NCBI GenBank assembly: GCA_016219925.1
Contig: JACRJU010000013.1
Location: 180,472 to 244,471 of the forward strand
Length of the DNA stretch: 64,000 nucleotides
From: Candidatus Uhrbacteria bacterium
Lineage (GTDB): Bacteria; Patescibacteriota; Patescibacteriia; UBA9934; GWF2-40-263
Direction of reading: 5' to 3'
In this document: piece after piece, positions 50,554-59,738 of the stretch
Numbering within the stretch: position 1 is the stretch's first letter
Layout of the letters: every line of letters starts with the position of its first letter
The notes under the pieces: generated by a model
What the model saw: only the letters and a program-made list of their open reading frames with translations
Database searches by the model: none
What the model was told of the DNA's origin: nothing
Program-made: the position numbers and the translations under genes

Positions 50554-51596
50554 AGATACGGATCAAGTTTTTTCCATTGATCAACACATGCAAACATATT
50601 TTGGACTCTTGTTTTTGCGTTTTGACCTAGTTGTTGGCGCAACGAGATGTCGGTGGAGAGTTGAAAAATCGCTTGAGAAAGCGCTTGCAAATTTCCCGGC
50701 GCAACAAGCAAACCCGTTTGGCCATGAACAATCGCTTCGTCTACTCCTGAAATGGTGGTGCTGATGGACGGAATGCCAAATTGTGCCGCTTCCAAAAAAA
50801 CAAGACCAAAACCTTCTTTATCAATAGGATCATTGCTCACAGGCATCACAAAGAGATCCGCTTGCGCGTAACAGTCACGCAAAGTGTTTTCATCAACTTC
50901 TCCAAGAAATTCAACCTCGTGCAAATTAAGCTCTCCGGCGGTTTGTTCAAGCATGGTTCGTTCAGGCCCCTTCCCTACGATGACATAGCGAAACGGAGGA
51001 ATTCGTCCTGTCGTTTTGAGAGATTGAAGAGCCATGAGCACCTGTAAATGGCCTTTGCGGGCAACCAACCGTCCCACCGTAAGCAGAGTGAGAGGCTTGT
51101 CGTTTGATGAAACAGAGGGTGAAGTCCTTTGCGGGTTTACACACGGATAGATTGTCAAAAGGCGAGAGAGGCGAAATTGCAGAGCGACTTCCGCGTTCAG
51201 AGCATTTGAGTTGGTGATGACGAGTGCGGCCCGTTTCAAAACGCGCGAGGCTACCCATTGTTTGAGCGGATGTTGCAACGCCAGACGGACATCCATTCCG
51301 TGAACCACAACCAAATAGGGTTTACGCGTGAACCACGAGGCCACCCAAGCAGCTGTGCCAAAAGGAAGGACATGACTCGTGATCACAAGATCGTAGGTCG
51401 CGCGCTCTTTGATGAGAAGACGTACCGCTGTGAGCCAACGAAGCGGACCGTGCGATCGCAGAAGTTGTGTCGGATCACTGACTACGCGAATGCGCTTACC
51501 GAAATACTCCTTCAAGGTTTCCAAATAGCGCGCCACTCCTCCGGTCTGCGGCGGAAATTCTGTGGTGATGAGAAGAAGACGACGACTAGCGGCCAT
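50550..51596 (-). CDS. GT4-family (GT-B) glycosyltransferase
   Basis: The EGFGLVFLEAAQFGIPSI motif (E-x7-E). Confidence 0.75.
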   Translation of the reverse strand: MAASRRLLLITTEFPPQTGGVARYLETLKEYFGKRIRVVSDPTQLLRSHGPLRWLTAVRLLIKERATYDLVITSHVLPFGTAAWVASWFTRKPYLVVVHGMDVRLALQHPLKQWVASRVLKRAALVITNSNALNAEVALQFRLSRLLTIYPCVNPQRTSPSVSSNDKPLTLLTVGRLVARKGHLQVLMALQSLKTTGRIPPFRYVIVGKGPERTMLEQTAGELNLHEVEFLGEVDENTLRDCYAQADLFVMPVSNDPIDKEGFGLVFLEAAQFGIPSISTTISGVDEAIVHGQTGLLVAPGNLQALSQAIFQLSTDISLRQQLGQNAKTRVQNMFACVDQWKKLDPYL

Positions 51597-53025
51597 AGGA
51601 GAAAAGAGATTTGAGTTTTCGCACGTCATTCAAAACCAGCAGTCTGGTGAGGACGAGAGCTATGATATAAACGGCCACACAAACTGGAATGATTGCCATC
51701 CAACCAATTATGGGCATCAACAAACGACCAACCATGACCATAAAGAGTCCGCTGATACCAAATCGTACGGCATCAAATAACGACGGCCCAAAGCGAAAAG
51801 CCGGGATGACTGGTTTGATAAAAAAGAGTCCGCTGATGAACATAAAACTAAAACTCAATAAAGCGGATATTGCGGCGCCCTGAATGCCTATTTTTGGAAC
51901 AAGCACGGCATTCAGCAAGATGTTGATGACCATGGTGAAGCCCATGATGATCGTTTTTGTGGTTTGGCGATTTCCGGCGTTGAGCAGGGAGCCAATGGGA
52001 AAATCAAGAAAGATCGGGATTAAGACGAAAACGAGCAAGGATAACACCGGGCCAGAAGCTCGATAGGCCGATCCAGCGAGAACGACGGCTTGATTTGCAA
52101 TAAGCCACAGTCCCAGAACAAGCGGGGTGCTGATGAGCATCATGTACCACAGAGCTCGGCGCAGGAGATGAGGAACACGGGCGGGATGATGTTCCAGGGC
52201 CGCACTGATGCTTGGGTAGAGGCCGGCGGTAAAGGCAAGCGGCAAAAATTGAAAAGCGTAAGTGAATTTGTAGGCGATGCTGTAAATGCCCACCGCGGTG
52301 GTATCGATGAATTTCGAAATAAACAGAGAGTCAACATAGGAATACACTTTGACGAAAATAGCAGCGAGGGCGAATGGGAGGGCCAGGCTTAACAAGTGTT
52401 TTGCATTTGCAGAGTTCCAATGCGGCTTCAAAATGGACCAGCCAAAACGTGCGATTAGGGCGCGGCTCGACAACGTCACATTTGTCGCACTGCCCAAGAC
52501 AAGAGCAAAAGTCAGCCAGAGAAGGGATGGATGGATGAAAAGGGAAAGGCCGCCAACCATTGCCGTCACTGCCTGCCCCGTAAGCATCCCCGTGGCTTCA
52601 ATCGAAAGATTTTGGTGACCGCGCAAAACTCCATAAAAAAGCAGATGTAGGGAATCCAGAATAAGCGAGAGCCCAGCGACCATGGTGAGCATTACCACTT
52701 CCCTTTCATAATGAAGCAGAAGCGCTGCGGCGATGGCTGATGCGTAGGCAATGATGAAAAGCGGAATTTTTAAACTTAAGGCTCGTGAGAGAAGGCGCGG
52801 TGTTTCTTGTGGGGATTTGGCAATCTCACGAATAACGACTGGAGTCATGCCGAAATCAGCGATGACAGAAAAAATGAGTGCGATGGAAACGGTAAGAAAA
52901 TATTGACCGGTCCGTTCTGGCTGCATGATGCGCGCGACAAACAAAAAATAGACAAAGGCCACCAGCTTTTGTCCGACGGATGCGATAGTCAGGTACAAGG
53001 TATTTTTTGCAAGAAGCCCAGACAC
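51586..53025 (-). CDS. Wzx-like polysaccharide flippase (MOP superfamily)
   Basis: A 479-aa protein with about 14 transmembrane segments and a typical Wzx N-terminus. Confidence 0.7.
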   Translation of the reverse strand: MSGLLAKNTLYLTIASVGQKLVAFVYFLFVARIMQPERTGQYFLTVSIALIFSVIADFGMTPVVIREIAKSPQETPRLLSRALSLKIPLFIIAYASAIAAALLLHYEREVVMLTMVAGLSLILDSLHLLFYGVLRGHQNLSIEATGMLTGQAVTAMVGGLSLFIHPSLLWLTFALVLGSATNVTLSSRALIARFGWSILKPHWNSANAKHLLSLALPFALAAIFVKVYSYVDSLFISKFIDTTAVGIYSIAYKFTYAFQFLPLAFTAGLYPSISAALEHHPARVPHLLRRALWYMMLISTPLVLGLWLIANQAVVLAGSAYRASGPVLSLLVFVLIPIFLDFPIGSLLNAGNRQTTKTIIMGFTMVINILLNAVLVPKIGIQGAAISALLSFSFMFISGLFFIKPVIPAFRFGPSLFDAVRFGISGLFMVMVGRLLMPIIGWMAIIPVCVAVYIIALVLTRLLVLNDVRKLKSLFSYGR

Positions 53026-53115
53026 ACAACGGCAGGATAGCGTAAAAGCGGCACTGTGTAAATAAAAAAGGCGCTTCGTGTGGCGCCGCAGGGAGAGAGC
53101 GTCGGTGTGATGGGC

Positions 53116-53964
53116 TTAGCCCAGGAAGGTGATGCTTGTGAGCGATCCGCGTCGCCCCCGGACGGTCTGGCCGAGCGGATCCAGTCCGATTTGCGTGCGT
53201 CCGATCGTCTCGAGCTCGTAGCCCTCGATTTTCAGATTGATGGCGGCCTGACCTTCGCAGAATGTGGCGCGCCACAGCGATTGCAGAACCCGTAGGAAGT
53301 GCCCTTCGAGCAGGACCCCGACCTCGCGCTGGTTCTCCTGAGCCCAGGTGTCGCGACCGGGAACCACCACCGGCTTGTGAGTGGTCTTGTGGTAGCCAGG
53401 CGGCCACAAAGAGACCTTGCCGACGCGGAGCGGCGACTTGAGCGGCCAGCATTCGGCCGCCACCATCTGGTTGTGGTGGATCGCCGCGTCGCGAGCCCTG
53501 GCGATATGCTCGATCGAGGAGGCATACCACTCGAACCGCTGTTGACCGCGACGGTCGAAAGCGAAACACCCCTGGATGATCGTGCCCGTTGGAGGCTGAA
53601 GCGCGCTGAGGTGGCGATGCCCTTCGCGAAGGGTCGAGACTGCATCGTAGCTTACACCAACGTTCCCGGTGTCGTCGATCGAGCCGCGCGTGCGTCCGAG
53701 CAAACGTTGCAGGAGACTCGGTTCGTACGGGCTGACCGACAGCGCCCAAAAGTAGTGGGTCGCCGTCGGATCTTGACGCACGTCCGTGACTTCGCTTCGG
53801 AATCCGACGACTGCCGGAACCCGGTGGCCGACACCCGGAAGGTTGATCACAGCCACATCGGTCGGGACGTCTTCGAGACGGTATTTGAGCTCTTTGGCGG
53901 CCATGGCGCCGCGCAAAGCGTCAGAGAGCGACACGTGCGAAATGGGGATCATCATTGTAGACAC
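53116..53964 (-). CDS. Hypothetical protein (high-GC island 4)
   Basis: GC3-rich frame with balanced composition. AGGAGGAGG lies 6 nt before the GTG at 53964. The ATG at 53997 is an alternative start but would sit inside the predicted promoter. Confidence 0.5.
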   Translation of the reverse strand: MSTMMIPISHVSLSDALRGAMAAKELKYRLEDVPTDVAVINLPGVGHRVPAVVGFRSEVTDVRQDPTATHYFWALSVSPYEPSLLQRLLGRTRGSIDDTGNVGVSYDAVSTLREGHRHLSALQPPTGTIIQGCFAFDRRGQQRFEWYASSIEHIARARDAAIHHNQMVAAECWPLKSPLRVGKVSLWPPGYHKTTHKPVVVPGRDTWAQENQREVGVLLEGHFLRVLQSLWRATFCEGQAAINLKIEGYELETIGRTQIGLDPLGQTVRGRRGSLTSITFLG

Positions 53965-54009
53965 AGCGTACCTCCTCCTGTTGTTGGGCGTTGGCATTTA
54001 AACATAGAA

Positions 54010-54036
54010 ACAAAAAACAGGCAAAGAGCCTGTTTT
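54010..54036 (-). terminator. Bidirectional intrinsic terminator after rpsI
   Basis: AACAGGC-TCTTT-GCCTGTT flanked by A6 and T6. A weak TTGCCT, 17 nt, TTAAAT promoter overlaps it. Confidence 0.7.
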
Positions 54037-54042
54037 TTATCA

Positions 54043-54447
54043 CTAGCGTTTTGACCACTGTGGTGATCGGCGTGCAGATTTTTTACCAAACTTTTTTCGC
54101 TCTCGCACGCGTGCGTCGCGACTCAGCATGCCCATTTTTTTTAAACTGGAACGAAATTCTGGATTGAAATCGATAAGGGCGCGAGCAATGCCTAAACGAA
54201 TGCTATCCGCCTGTCCGTGAATACCTCCACCAGAGACGTGCACGGTCACATCGAAGACATCTTGCGTTCCTGTCTGAATGAATGGAGAAACAACGGCTTG
54301 CTGCAGAGTTGCGAGCGGCAAGTATGTTTCGAGGGGGCGATCATTGATTGTCATCTTTCCGGAACCCCCATTCAAAAGTCGCACGCGTGCGATGGCTTCT
54401 TTCCGGCGGCCAACGGCTTCGATATAAGTTGTCTGTTTTTCAGTCAT
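54043..54447 (-). CDS. rpsI: 30S ribosomal protein S9
   Basis: C-terminal ...SRDARVRERKKFGKKSARRSPQWSKR. Confidence 0.9.
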   Translation of the reverse strand: MTEKQTTYIEAVGRRKEAIARVRLLNGGSGKMTINDRPLETYLPLATLQQAVVSPFIQTGTQDVFDVTVHVSGGGIHGQADSIRLGIARALIDFNPEFRSSLKKMGMLSRDARVRERKKFGKKSARRSPQWSKR

Positions 54448-54451
54448 ACGA

Positions 54452-54811
54452 CTAATTCTTTACGACAAGGCGCTTCATACGCTCGGTGCGCAATTTATTC
54501 TTTGGAAGCATGCGAGAAACCGCTCGGCGCAAGACATCAGAAGGATCCTTCATCCAAAGCGATTTAAGCGAGGTGACACGCAGACCGCTTCCTCGCGTTG
54601 TGTGGTGATAGTAATTTTTTTGTTCAATTTTTCGTCCGGTGATGCGCATCTTTGACGCATTGATAACCTGCACGTGGTTGCTGCTATCGATATGCGGTTC
54701 ATAGCCTGCGCGATTTTTTCCCATGAGAACTGTCACGATACGCGAAGCCAAACGGCCTGGCGTTTGCCCCATGGCGTCAATGGTTTGGATGTCTGGTTGG
54801 ACAGATTTCAT
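54452..54811 (-). CDS. rplM: 50S ribosomal protein L13
   Basis: Conserved L13 core, adjacent to rpsI. Confidence 0.85.
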   Translation of the reverse strand: MKSVQPDIQTIDAMGQTPGRLASRIVTVLMGKNRAGYEPHIDSSNHVQVINASKMRITGRKIEQKNYYHHTTRGSGLRVTSLKSLWMKDPSDVLRRAVSRMLPKNKLRTERMKRLVVKN

Positions 54812-54812
54812 A

Positions 54813-55163
54813 TTAGACGAGTTCGATACGAACCATATCCGACCCATCCGATGGTCGTGATCCGAGTTTCACAATTCGCGTATAACCACCGGCGCGATTG
54901 GCATACCGTGGAGCTAATACTTCAAAAATTTTATTGACCGGCTGTTCGGTATAGAACAACGACAGAAGACGTCGGCGCGCGGCAAGAGTCGGTTTTTTAC
55001 CGGTGGTAATTGCACGCTCAACAACCGAACGGATCGCTTTAGCCTTCGCTTGTGTGGTCTTCACTTTTTCGTATAACACAACGCTCGTTGCGAGATTTCG
55101 CAACATGGCATCGCGCGAGGCCGTGGGCCGTCCGAGTTTTTTTATCGTCTTCCGGTGTCGCAT
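54813..55163 (-). CDS. rplQ: 50S ribosomal protein L17
   Basis: MRHRKTIKKLGRPTASRDAMLRNL. Confidence 0.9.
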   Translation of the reverse strand: MRHRKTIKKLGRPTASRDAMLRNLATSVVLYEKVKTTQAKAKAIRSVVERAITTGKKPTLAARRRLLSLFYTEQPVNKIFEVLAPRYANRAGGYTRIVKLGSRPSDGSDMVRIELV

Positions 55164-55164
55164 A

Positions 55165-55860
55165 TTATTCCGTTGATTTCTGAGTCAACAAGCTAAAGTG
55201 TTCGATCAGAAGTTTTGCAGACTGTTCGACGGCCTTTTGTGGACTGATTGTTCCGTCGGTTTCAATCGTCATGATCAGCTTGTCGTAGTTGGTGATTTCT
55301 CCGACGCGTGTATCTTCAACGCGGTATCCTACATTTCGCACGGGTGAGAACAATGAATCAATCGCGATCGTTCCAAGCTCCGAAGCTTGGCCCGTTCGCT
55401 CCTCGGTCGAGGAATATCCTCGACCCTTTCGAACAGTAATCTCCATGTCCAACTTGGCTTTATTATCTGTCAGAGTCAAGAGATGCAGTTCGGAATTAAT
55501 GATTTCAACATCCGCATTGGCTTCAATATCTGCGGCGGTAATTGCACGCTCTCCTGAAGCCGAAAGTTTCAAAACAACGGGTTCATCTGAAAAACATTTC
55601 AGTCGAAGAAGTTTTAGGTTTAAAATAATTTCAAGAGCATCTTCCTTTACGTTATCAATGGCCTGAAATTCATGATTCACCCCCTTGATTTTCACCGCCG
55701 TTACCGCGGCACCTGGCAGTGAAGAAAGCAACACACGACGCAGGGCATTACCGATCGTCGTTCCATATCCATGAAAGCAGGGTTCAACAATCAATACCCC
55801 CTCATTGGGGCGCTGTCCTTGCTCGTAGGAAATATGGGATGGAAGAAGAATGTTCTCCAT
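55165..55860 (-). CDS. rpoA: DNA-directed RNA polymerase alpha subunit, N-terminal domain only (231 aa)
   Basis: Alpha-NTD dimerisation/assembly fold. Ends about 100 aa short of canonical alpha, so no alpha-CTD. Confidence 0.85.
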   Translation of the reverse strand: MENILLPSHISYEQGQRPNEGVLIVEPCFHGYGTTIGNALRRVLLSSLPGAAVTAVKIKGVNHEFQAIDNVKEDALEIILNLKLLRLKCFSDEPVVLKLSASGERAITAADIEANADVEIINSELHLLTLTDNKAKLDMEITVRKGRGYSSTEERTGQASELGTIAIDSLFSPVRNVGYRVEDTRVGEITNYDKLIMTIETDGTISPQKAVEQSAKLLIEHFSLLTQKSTE

Positions 55861-55878
55861 AAGGTCCTCCTAAGTGAA

Positions 55879-56493
55879 TTATCGCGAATAAAATTCCACG
55901 ATGAGGGTCGGATCAAAGATCGATTCCAGATCTTCTCCCGTCGGAATAGCCGTGACTTTTCCCAGCAAAATCTTTTCATCGCGGGAAATCCACGATGGCA
56001 GTTTGCTCGACTGGAGCGCTTCAGGAATCTGTTTGACGATCCCCTTTTGTTTTTTGTTTTCTTTGAGGGTGATCTCATCGCCGACACTGACCTTGAAGGA
56101 CGGGATATCCACTTTTTTTCCGTTCACGAGAATAAATCCGTGTCCGACCATCTGACGGGCCTGGGGCCGCGTTTTGGCAAAACCTAGGCGATAAACCGTG
56201 TTGTCCAAACGTCGTTCGAGCAACTGCACAAATGCTTCCGCCGTGTTGCCTTGTTTGCGGGAGGCTTGTTCAAAATACCTGTGCATTTGGCGTTCCAAAA
56301 GACCGTACAGGGCTTTCGCCTTCTGTTTCTCTTGCAACTGTTCGCCGTATGAAGACAAACGGGCGCGAGAACGAGCCTGCTTCGGACCGTGAATACCCGG
56401 CGGGTAAGCCCGACGACGTGCATATTTCTCTTTGCCGAGCACGACGCCCAGGCGGCGAGAACGTTTTACGATGGAGGAATGGTCTTGAGCCAT
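55879..56493 (-). CDS. rpsD: 30S ribosomal protein S4
   Basis: S4 N-terminus plus the S4 RNA-binding domain. Confidence 0.9.
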   Translation of the reverse strand: MAQDHSSIVKRSRRLGVVLGKEKYARRRAYPPGIHGPKQARSRARLSSYGEQLQEKQKAKALYGLLERQMHRYFEQASRKQGNTAEAFVQLLERRLDNTVYRLGFAKTRPQARQMVGHGFILVNGKKVDIPSFKVSVGDEITLKENKKQKGIVKQIPEALQSSKLPSWISRDEKILLGKVTAIPTGEDLESIFDPTLIVEFYSR

Positions 56494-56499
56494 AGCAGA

Positions 56500-56889
56500 T
56501 TAGACACGTCGAGGCTTAGGGGCGCGGCAGCCGTTATGTGGCAGAGGCGTCATATCTTTAATCGACAGGACAATAAATCCATTGGCATTTAATGCACGAA
56601 CAGCAGAGTCACGTCCGGATCCCACCCCTTTCACAAAGACATTCAATTCTTTAAGACCGGTTTCCTTTGTTTGCTCAGCGACATCTTTGATAATCATGCT
56701 CGCCGCGTAGGGGGTCGCTTTTTTTGGTCCTTTAAACCCGCAATGTCCTGCACTCGACCAGGCAATGGCGTTTCCATTAAGGTCGGTTAGGGTCACAATG
56801 GTATTGTTAAAGGTTGCCTGAATATAGGCGCATCCCGTAGATACCTGTTTCACGGCTGTTTTCTTTTTGCTTTTTGTCGATGCGGCCAT
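56500..56889 (-). CDS. rpsK: 30S ribosomal protein S11
   Basis: Canonical S11 sequence. Confidence 0.9.
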   Translation of the reverse strand: MAASTKSKKKTAVKQVSTGCAYIQATFNNTIVTLTDLNGNAIAWSSAGHCGFKGPKKATPYAASMIIKDVAEQTKETGLKELNVFVKGVGSGRDSAVRALNANGFIVLSIKDMTPLPHNGCRAPKPRRV

Positions 56890-56892
56890 AGA

Positions 56893-57282
56893 TTAAGTCT
56901 TGGTCAGGGCGCGTCGTCCGCTACCCATCGTGCGGCGAACATTACCTCGAACCGTTCGTGAATTGGATTTGGTGCGCTGACCACGGGCCGGAAGCCGCTT
57001 AAGGTGCCGTGAGCCGCGATAGGAACCGATCTCTTTAAGTCGTTTGATGTTTGCCATCACGTCTCGACGGAGATCTCCCTCAAGTCGATACTCCGGAGTT
57101 TCTAGAACACCTCGAATCGCTTTAACTTGATCGTCAGAAAGATCCTTGGATCGAATGCTGGCATCAATTTTGGTGGCCTCAAGAATTTTTTTTGCGCGCG
57201 ATGGGCCAACCCCATAGATATACGTGAGGGCCACGACGATACGTTTGTCTGATGGAATGTTTACTCCGGCGATGCGTGCCAT
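56893..57282 (-). CDS. rpsM: 30S ribosomal protein S13
   Basis: [10 protein letters not shown]... Confidence 0.9.
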   Translation of the reverse strand: MARIAGVNIPSDKRIVVALTYIYGVGPSRAKKILEATKIDASIRSKDLSDDQVKAIRGVLETPEYRLEGDLRRDVMANIKRLKEIGSYRGSRHLKRLPARGQRTKSNSRTVRGNVRRTMGSGRRALTKT

Positions 57283-57296
57283 ATTAAGGATGACGA

Positions 57297-57413
57297 TTAA
57301 CCTTGTCGCTGCTTGTGCTTAGGATTTTTCTTGCAGATAACAACGACGCGACCCTTGCGGCGCGTGACGTGGCAATCTCGACACATTTTTTTTGCAGAAG
57401 CGCGAACTTTCAT
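57297..57413 (-). CDS. rpmJ: 50S ribosomal protein L36
   Basis: A 38-aa product, [38 protein letters not shown]. Missing from the ORF track because it is shorter than 60 aa. Confidence 0.85.
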   Translation of the reverse strand: MKVRASAKKMCRDCHVTRRKGRVVVICKKNPKHKQRQG

Positions 57414-57462
57414 AACGAGTGAATTGATAAACGTCATCGAGCTTTTCGTTCGATGACGTTTT

Positions 57463-57684
57463 CTAAAAACGGTATACGACCCGGCCCTTCGTCAAGTCGT
57501 ACGGACTGATTTCCACCTTGACTTCGTCACCGGGCAAAAGACGGATCCGAAATTTCCGCATTTTTCCTGAGAGGTGGCCGAGAATCGTCTGACCGTTTTC
57601 GAGTTTGATTTTGAAACTTGCGGACGGCAGAAGTTCTTCTACCGTGCCTTTCATCTCAATAAAGTCCTTTGTTGCCATGCCCAT
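57463..57684 (-). CDS. infA: Translation initiation factor IF-1
   Basis: A 73-aa S1-like OB fold. Confidence 0.9.
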   Translation of the reverse strand: MGMATKDFIEMKGTVEELLPSASFKIKLENGQTILGHLSGKMRKFRIRLLPGDEVKVEISPYDLTKGRVVYRF

Positions 57685-57831
57685 AATCTTAACGTCGCGA
57701 TTCTAGCATGAATAGGCCAAAAAATGCAAGGTTGGCTCTATTAAGATGAGGCGCCGCTATTTTACGGATCGCGGCTCTATCTGTCAAGAATTCGCGCGTG
57801 GATAACATGAAAAGATTTAAAATGACTTCAT

Positions 57832-59679
57832 TTAGCTTAATTCCGCTTTAATTCGTCGAATGCCAGCCGCGACAGATTCCTCCTTTGTAATTTTAAAATG
57901 TCCAAGTTGTCCCGTGTGTTCCACATGCGGCCCCCCACATACTTCCTTGCTGAAATAGGCTTCCATCGCTTGATCGCCGATAAAATACACTTTGATCTGT
58001 CTTCCAAGCTGGGCGTACTTGTCTTCAAAGACTCCAATGGCACCGCGGCGTTTTGCTTCGGCTAAATCAAGTAGCTCAAAATGCACGGGAAGGTCTTTTT
58101 GAATCTGATCATTCACCATTGCTTCGACCTGTTGGATTTGTTCTGGAGTCATCTTCTCCGGATAGGAAAAATCAAACCTCAAACGCTTGTGGGTGATATT
58201 GGATCCACGTTGAAACACCTGATCGTTTAAGACGGTTCGAAGGGCTTGATGCAACAAGTGCGTCGCGGTGTGAAGTTTAACCGTTTCTTCTGAATGATCT
58301 GCAAGACCTCCGGTAAATTTCTCGGATGATCCCGCCCGTGAAAGATCTTGATGATTTTTGAATTCCTGTTTGAACGTCTCACGATCGACTTGTTGTCCTT
58401 TTTCTTCGGCTATTTCTTCTGTGAGTTCCAATGGAAACCCGTACGTGGCGTAAAGCAGAAAGGCGTCTTGTCCGGAGATGTGACTGTGTTGAGCGAATAA
58501 TTTATCAAATTCTTTTTCTCCATTTTGAAGCGTCTTGCGGAATTTCAGCTCTTCAGCCCCGATTTCACGCACAATCTGTTCCTGCTGTTTTGCTATGTGC
58601 GGATAAGCCTGCACGTACTCATGCACGAATGCTTTTGCAACCGAAAGGCAAAAGGGTTCTTTAATACCAAGTCGACTTCCAAACCTTACGGCGCGACGGA
58701 TAAGACGACGTACGAAATAGCCTTGATCTTTGTTTGAGGGGATGACTCCATCCGCAATGAGAAAAGAAGCGGCGCGGACATGATCCAGGATGACCCGAAA
58801 TGCCTTGGCGTCTATGGAGTCTGATCGATAGGATTTTTTACTAAGAGATTCGATGACGTGAAGAGCTTCAGCAAACACATCAATCAAGAAAATATCTGGC
58901 GTATCAGCCAGAGCGGCCGCAATCCGTTCAAGTCCGCCTCCGAAGTCCACGTTTTGATTTGGTAAATCAACGAATCCTTCTCCAGACTTTTTGTACTGCA
59001 TGAAAACATTGTTGCCGATCTCTAAAAATCTTCCACAGTCGCAATTGACATGACAAGGTTGATCTTTGTAAACAGATCGTTCATGCAATTTCCGTTCGGC
59101 TCCGAAATCCCAAAACAGTTCCGAATCCGGACCACCGGGTTCTCCTTCCGGCATGTGCGCAGGGATCCCCGCACGTGACCACCAGTTTTTCTTTTCATCG
59201 TAGGCAAAAATCCGACCTTCTGGATCAAGATCCTTTGCTCGAAAGGCTTCTTGCCAAAGAGCTTCTGATTCTTGATCTCGATCAATTCCAATCGCTTTAT
59301 TGCCGGCAAAAATTGTGACAGATAATCGTGATGCATCCAGTCCAAGCTCATCTGTGAGAAACGCAAACATCCACGGAATTTGTTCTTTTTTAAAATAATC
59401 CCCCAGTGACCAGTTGCCGAGCATTTCAAAAAACGTTGTGTGACGATTATCTCCGACTTCTTCAATGTCCTGCGAACGAAAGCAGGGTTGAGAATCGGTT
59501 AGACGTTTGCCAAGGGGGTGGGTCTGACCGAGCAGATAGGGAACCATCGGTTGCATACCGGATCCCGTGAAGAGGGTCGTGGGATCGTTCTCCGGAATCA
59601 AAGATGAGGCGGAAATGGTTTGATGACCCCGAGAGGCAAAAAAAGTGAGATACCGCTGACGAATATCATGCGTTGTCAT
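57832..59679 (-). CDS. alaS: Alanyl-tRNA synthetase (short form lacking the C-Ala domain)
   Basis: Class II catalytic core with the HxxxH...CGGxH editing-domain zinc motif. The 5' coordinate is uncertain by a few nucleotides. Confidence 0.85.
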   Translation of the reverse strand: MTTHDIRQRYLTFFASRGHQTISASSLIPENDPTTLFTGSGMQPMVPYLLGQTHPLGKRLTDSQPCFRSQDIEEVGDNRHTTFFEMLGNWSLGDYFKKEQIPWMFAFLTDELGLDASRLSVTIFAGNKAIGIDRDQESEALWQEAFRAKDLDPEGRIFAYDEKKNWWSRAGIPAHMPEGEPGGPDSELFWDFGAERKLHERSVYKDQPCHVNCDCGRFLEIGNNVFMQYKKSGEGFVDLPNQNVDFGGGLERIAAALADTPDIFLIDVFAEALHVIESLSKKSYRSDSIDAKAFRVILDHVRAASFLIADGVIPSNKDQGYFVRRLIRRAVRFGSRLGIKEPFCLSVAKAFVHEYVQAYPHIAKQQEQIVREIGAEELKFRKTLQNGEKEFDKLFAQHSHISGQDAFLLYATYGFPLELTEEIAEEKGQQVDRETFKQEFKNHQDLSRAGSSEKFTGGLADHSEETVKLHTATHLLHQALRTVLNDQVFQRGSNITHKRLRFDFSYPEKMTPEQIQQVEAMVNDQIQKDLPVHFELLDLAEAKRRGAIGVFEDKYAQLGRQIKVYFIGDQAMEAYFSKEVCGGPHVEHTGQLGHFKITKEESVAAGIRRIKAELS

Positions 59680-59738
59680 AATGGCGCCTATTCTATCCAA
59701 TCTGACAGAGGTTGACAAACAGTTTTTTAAAAAGATTT

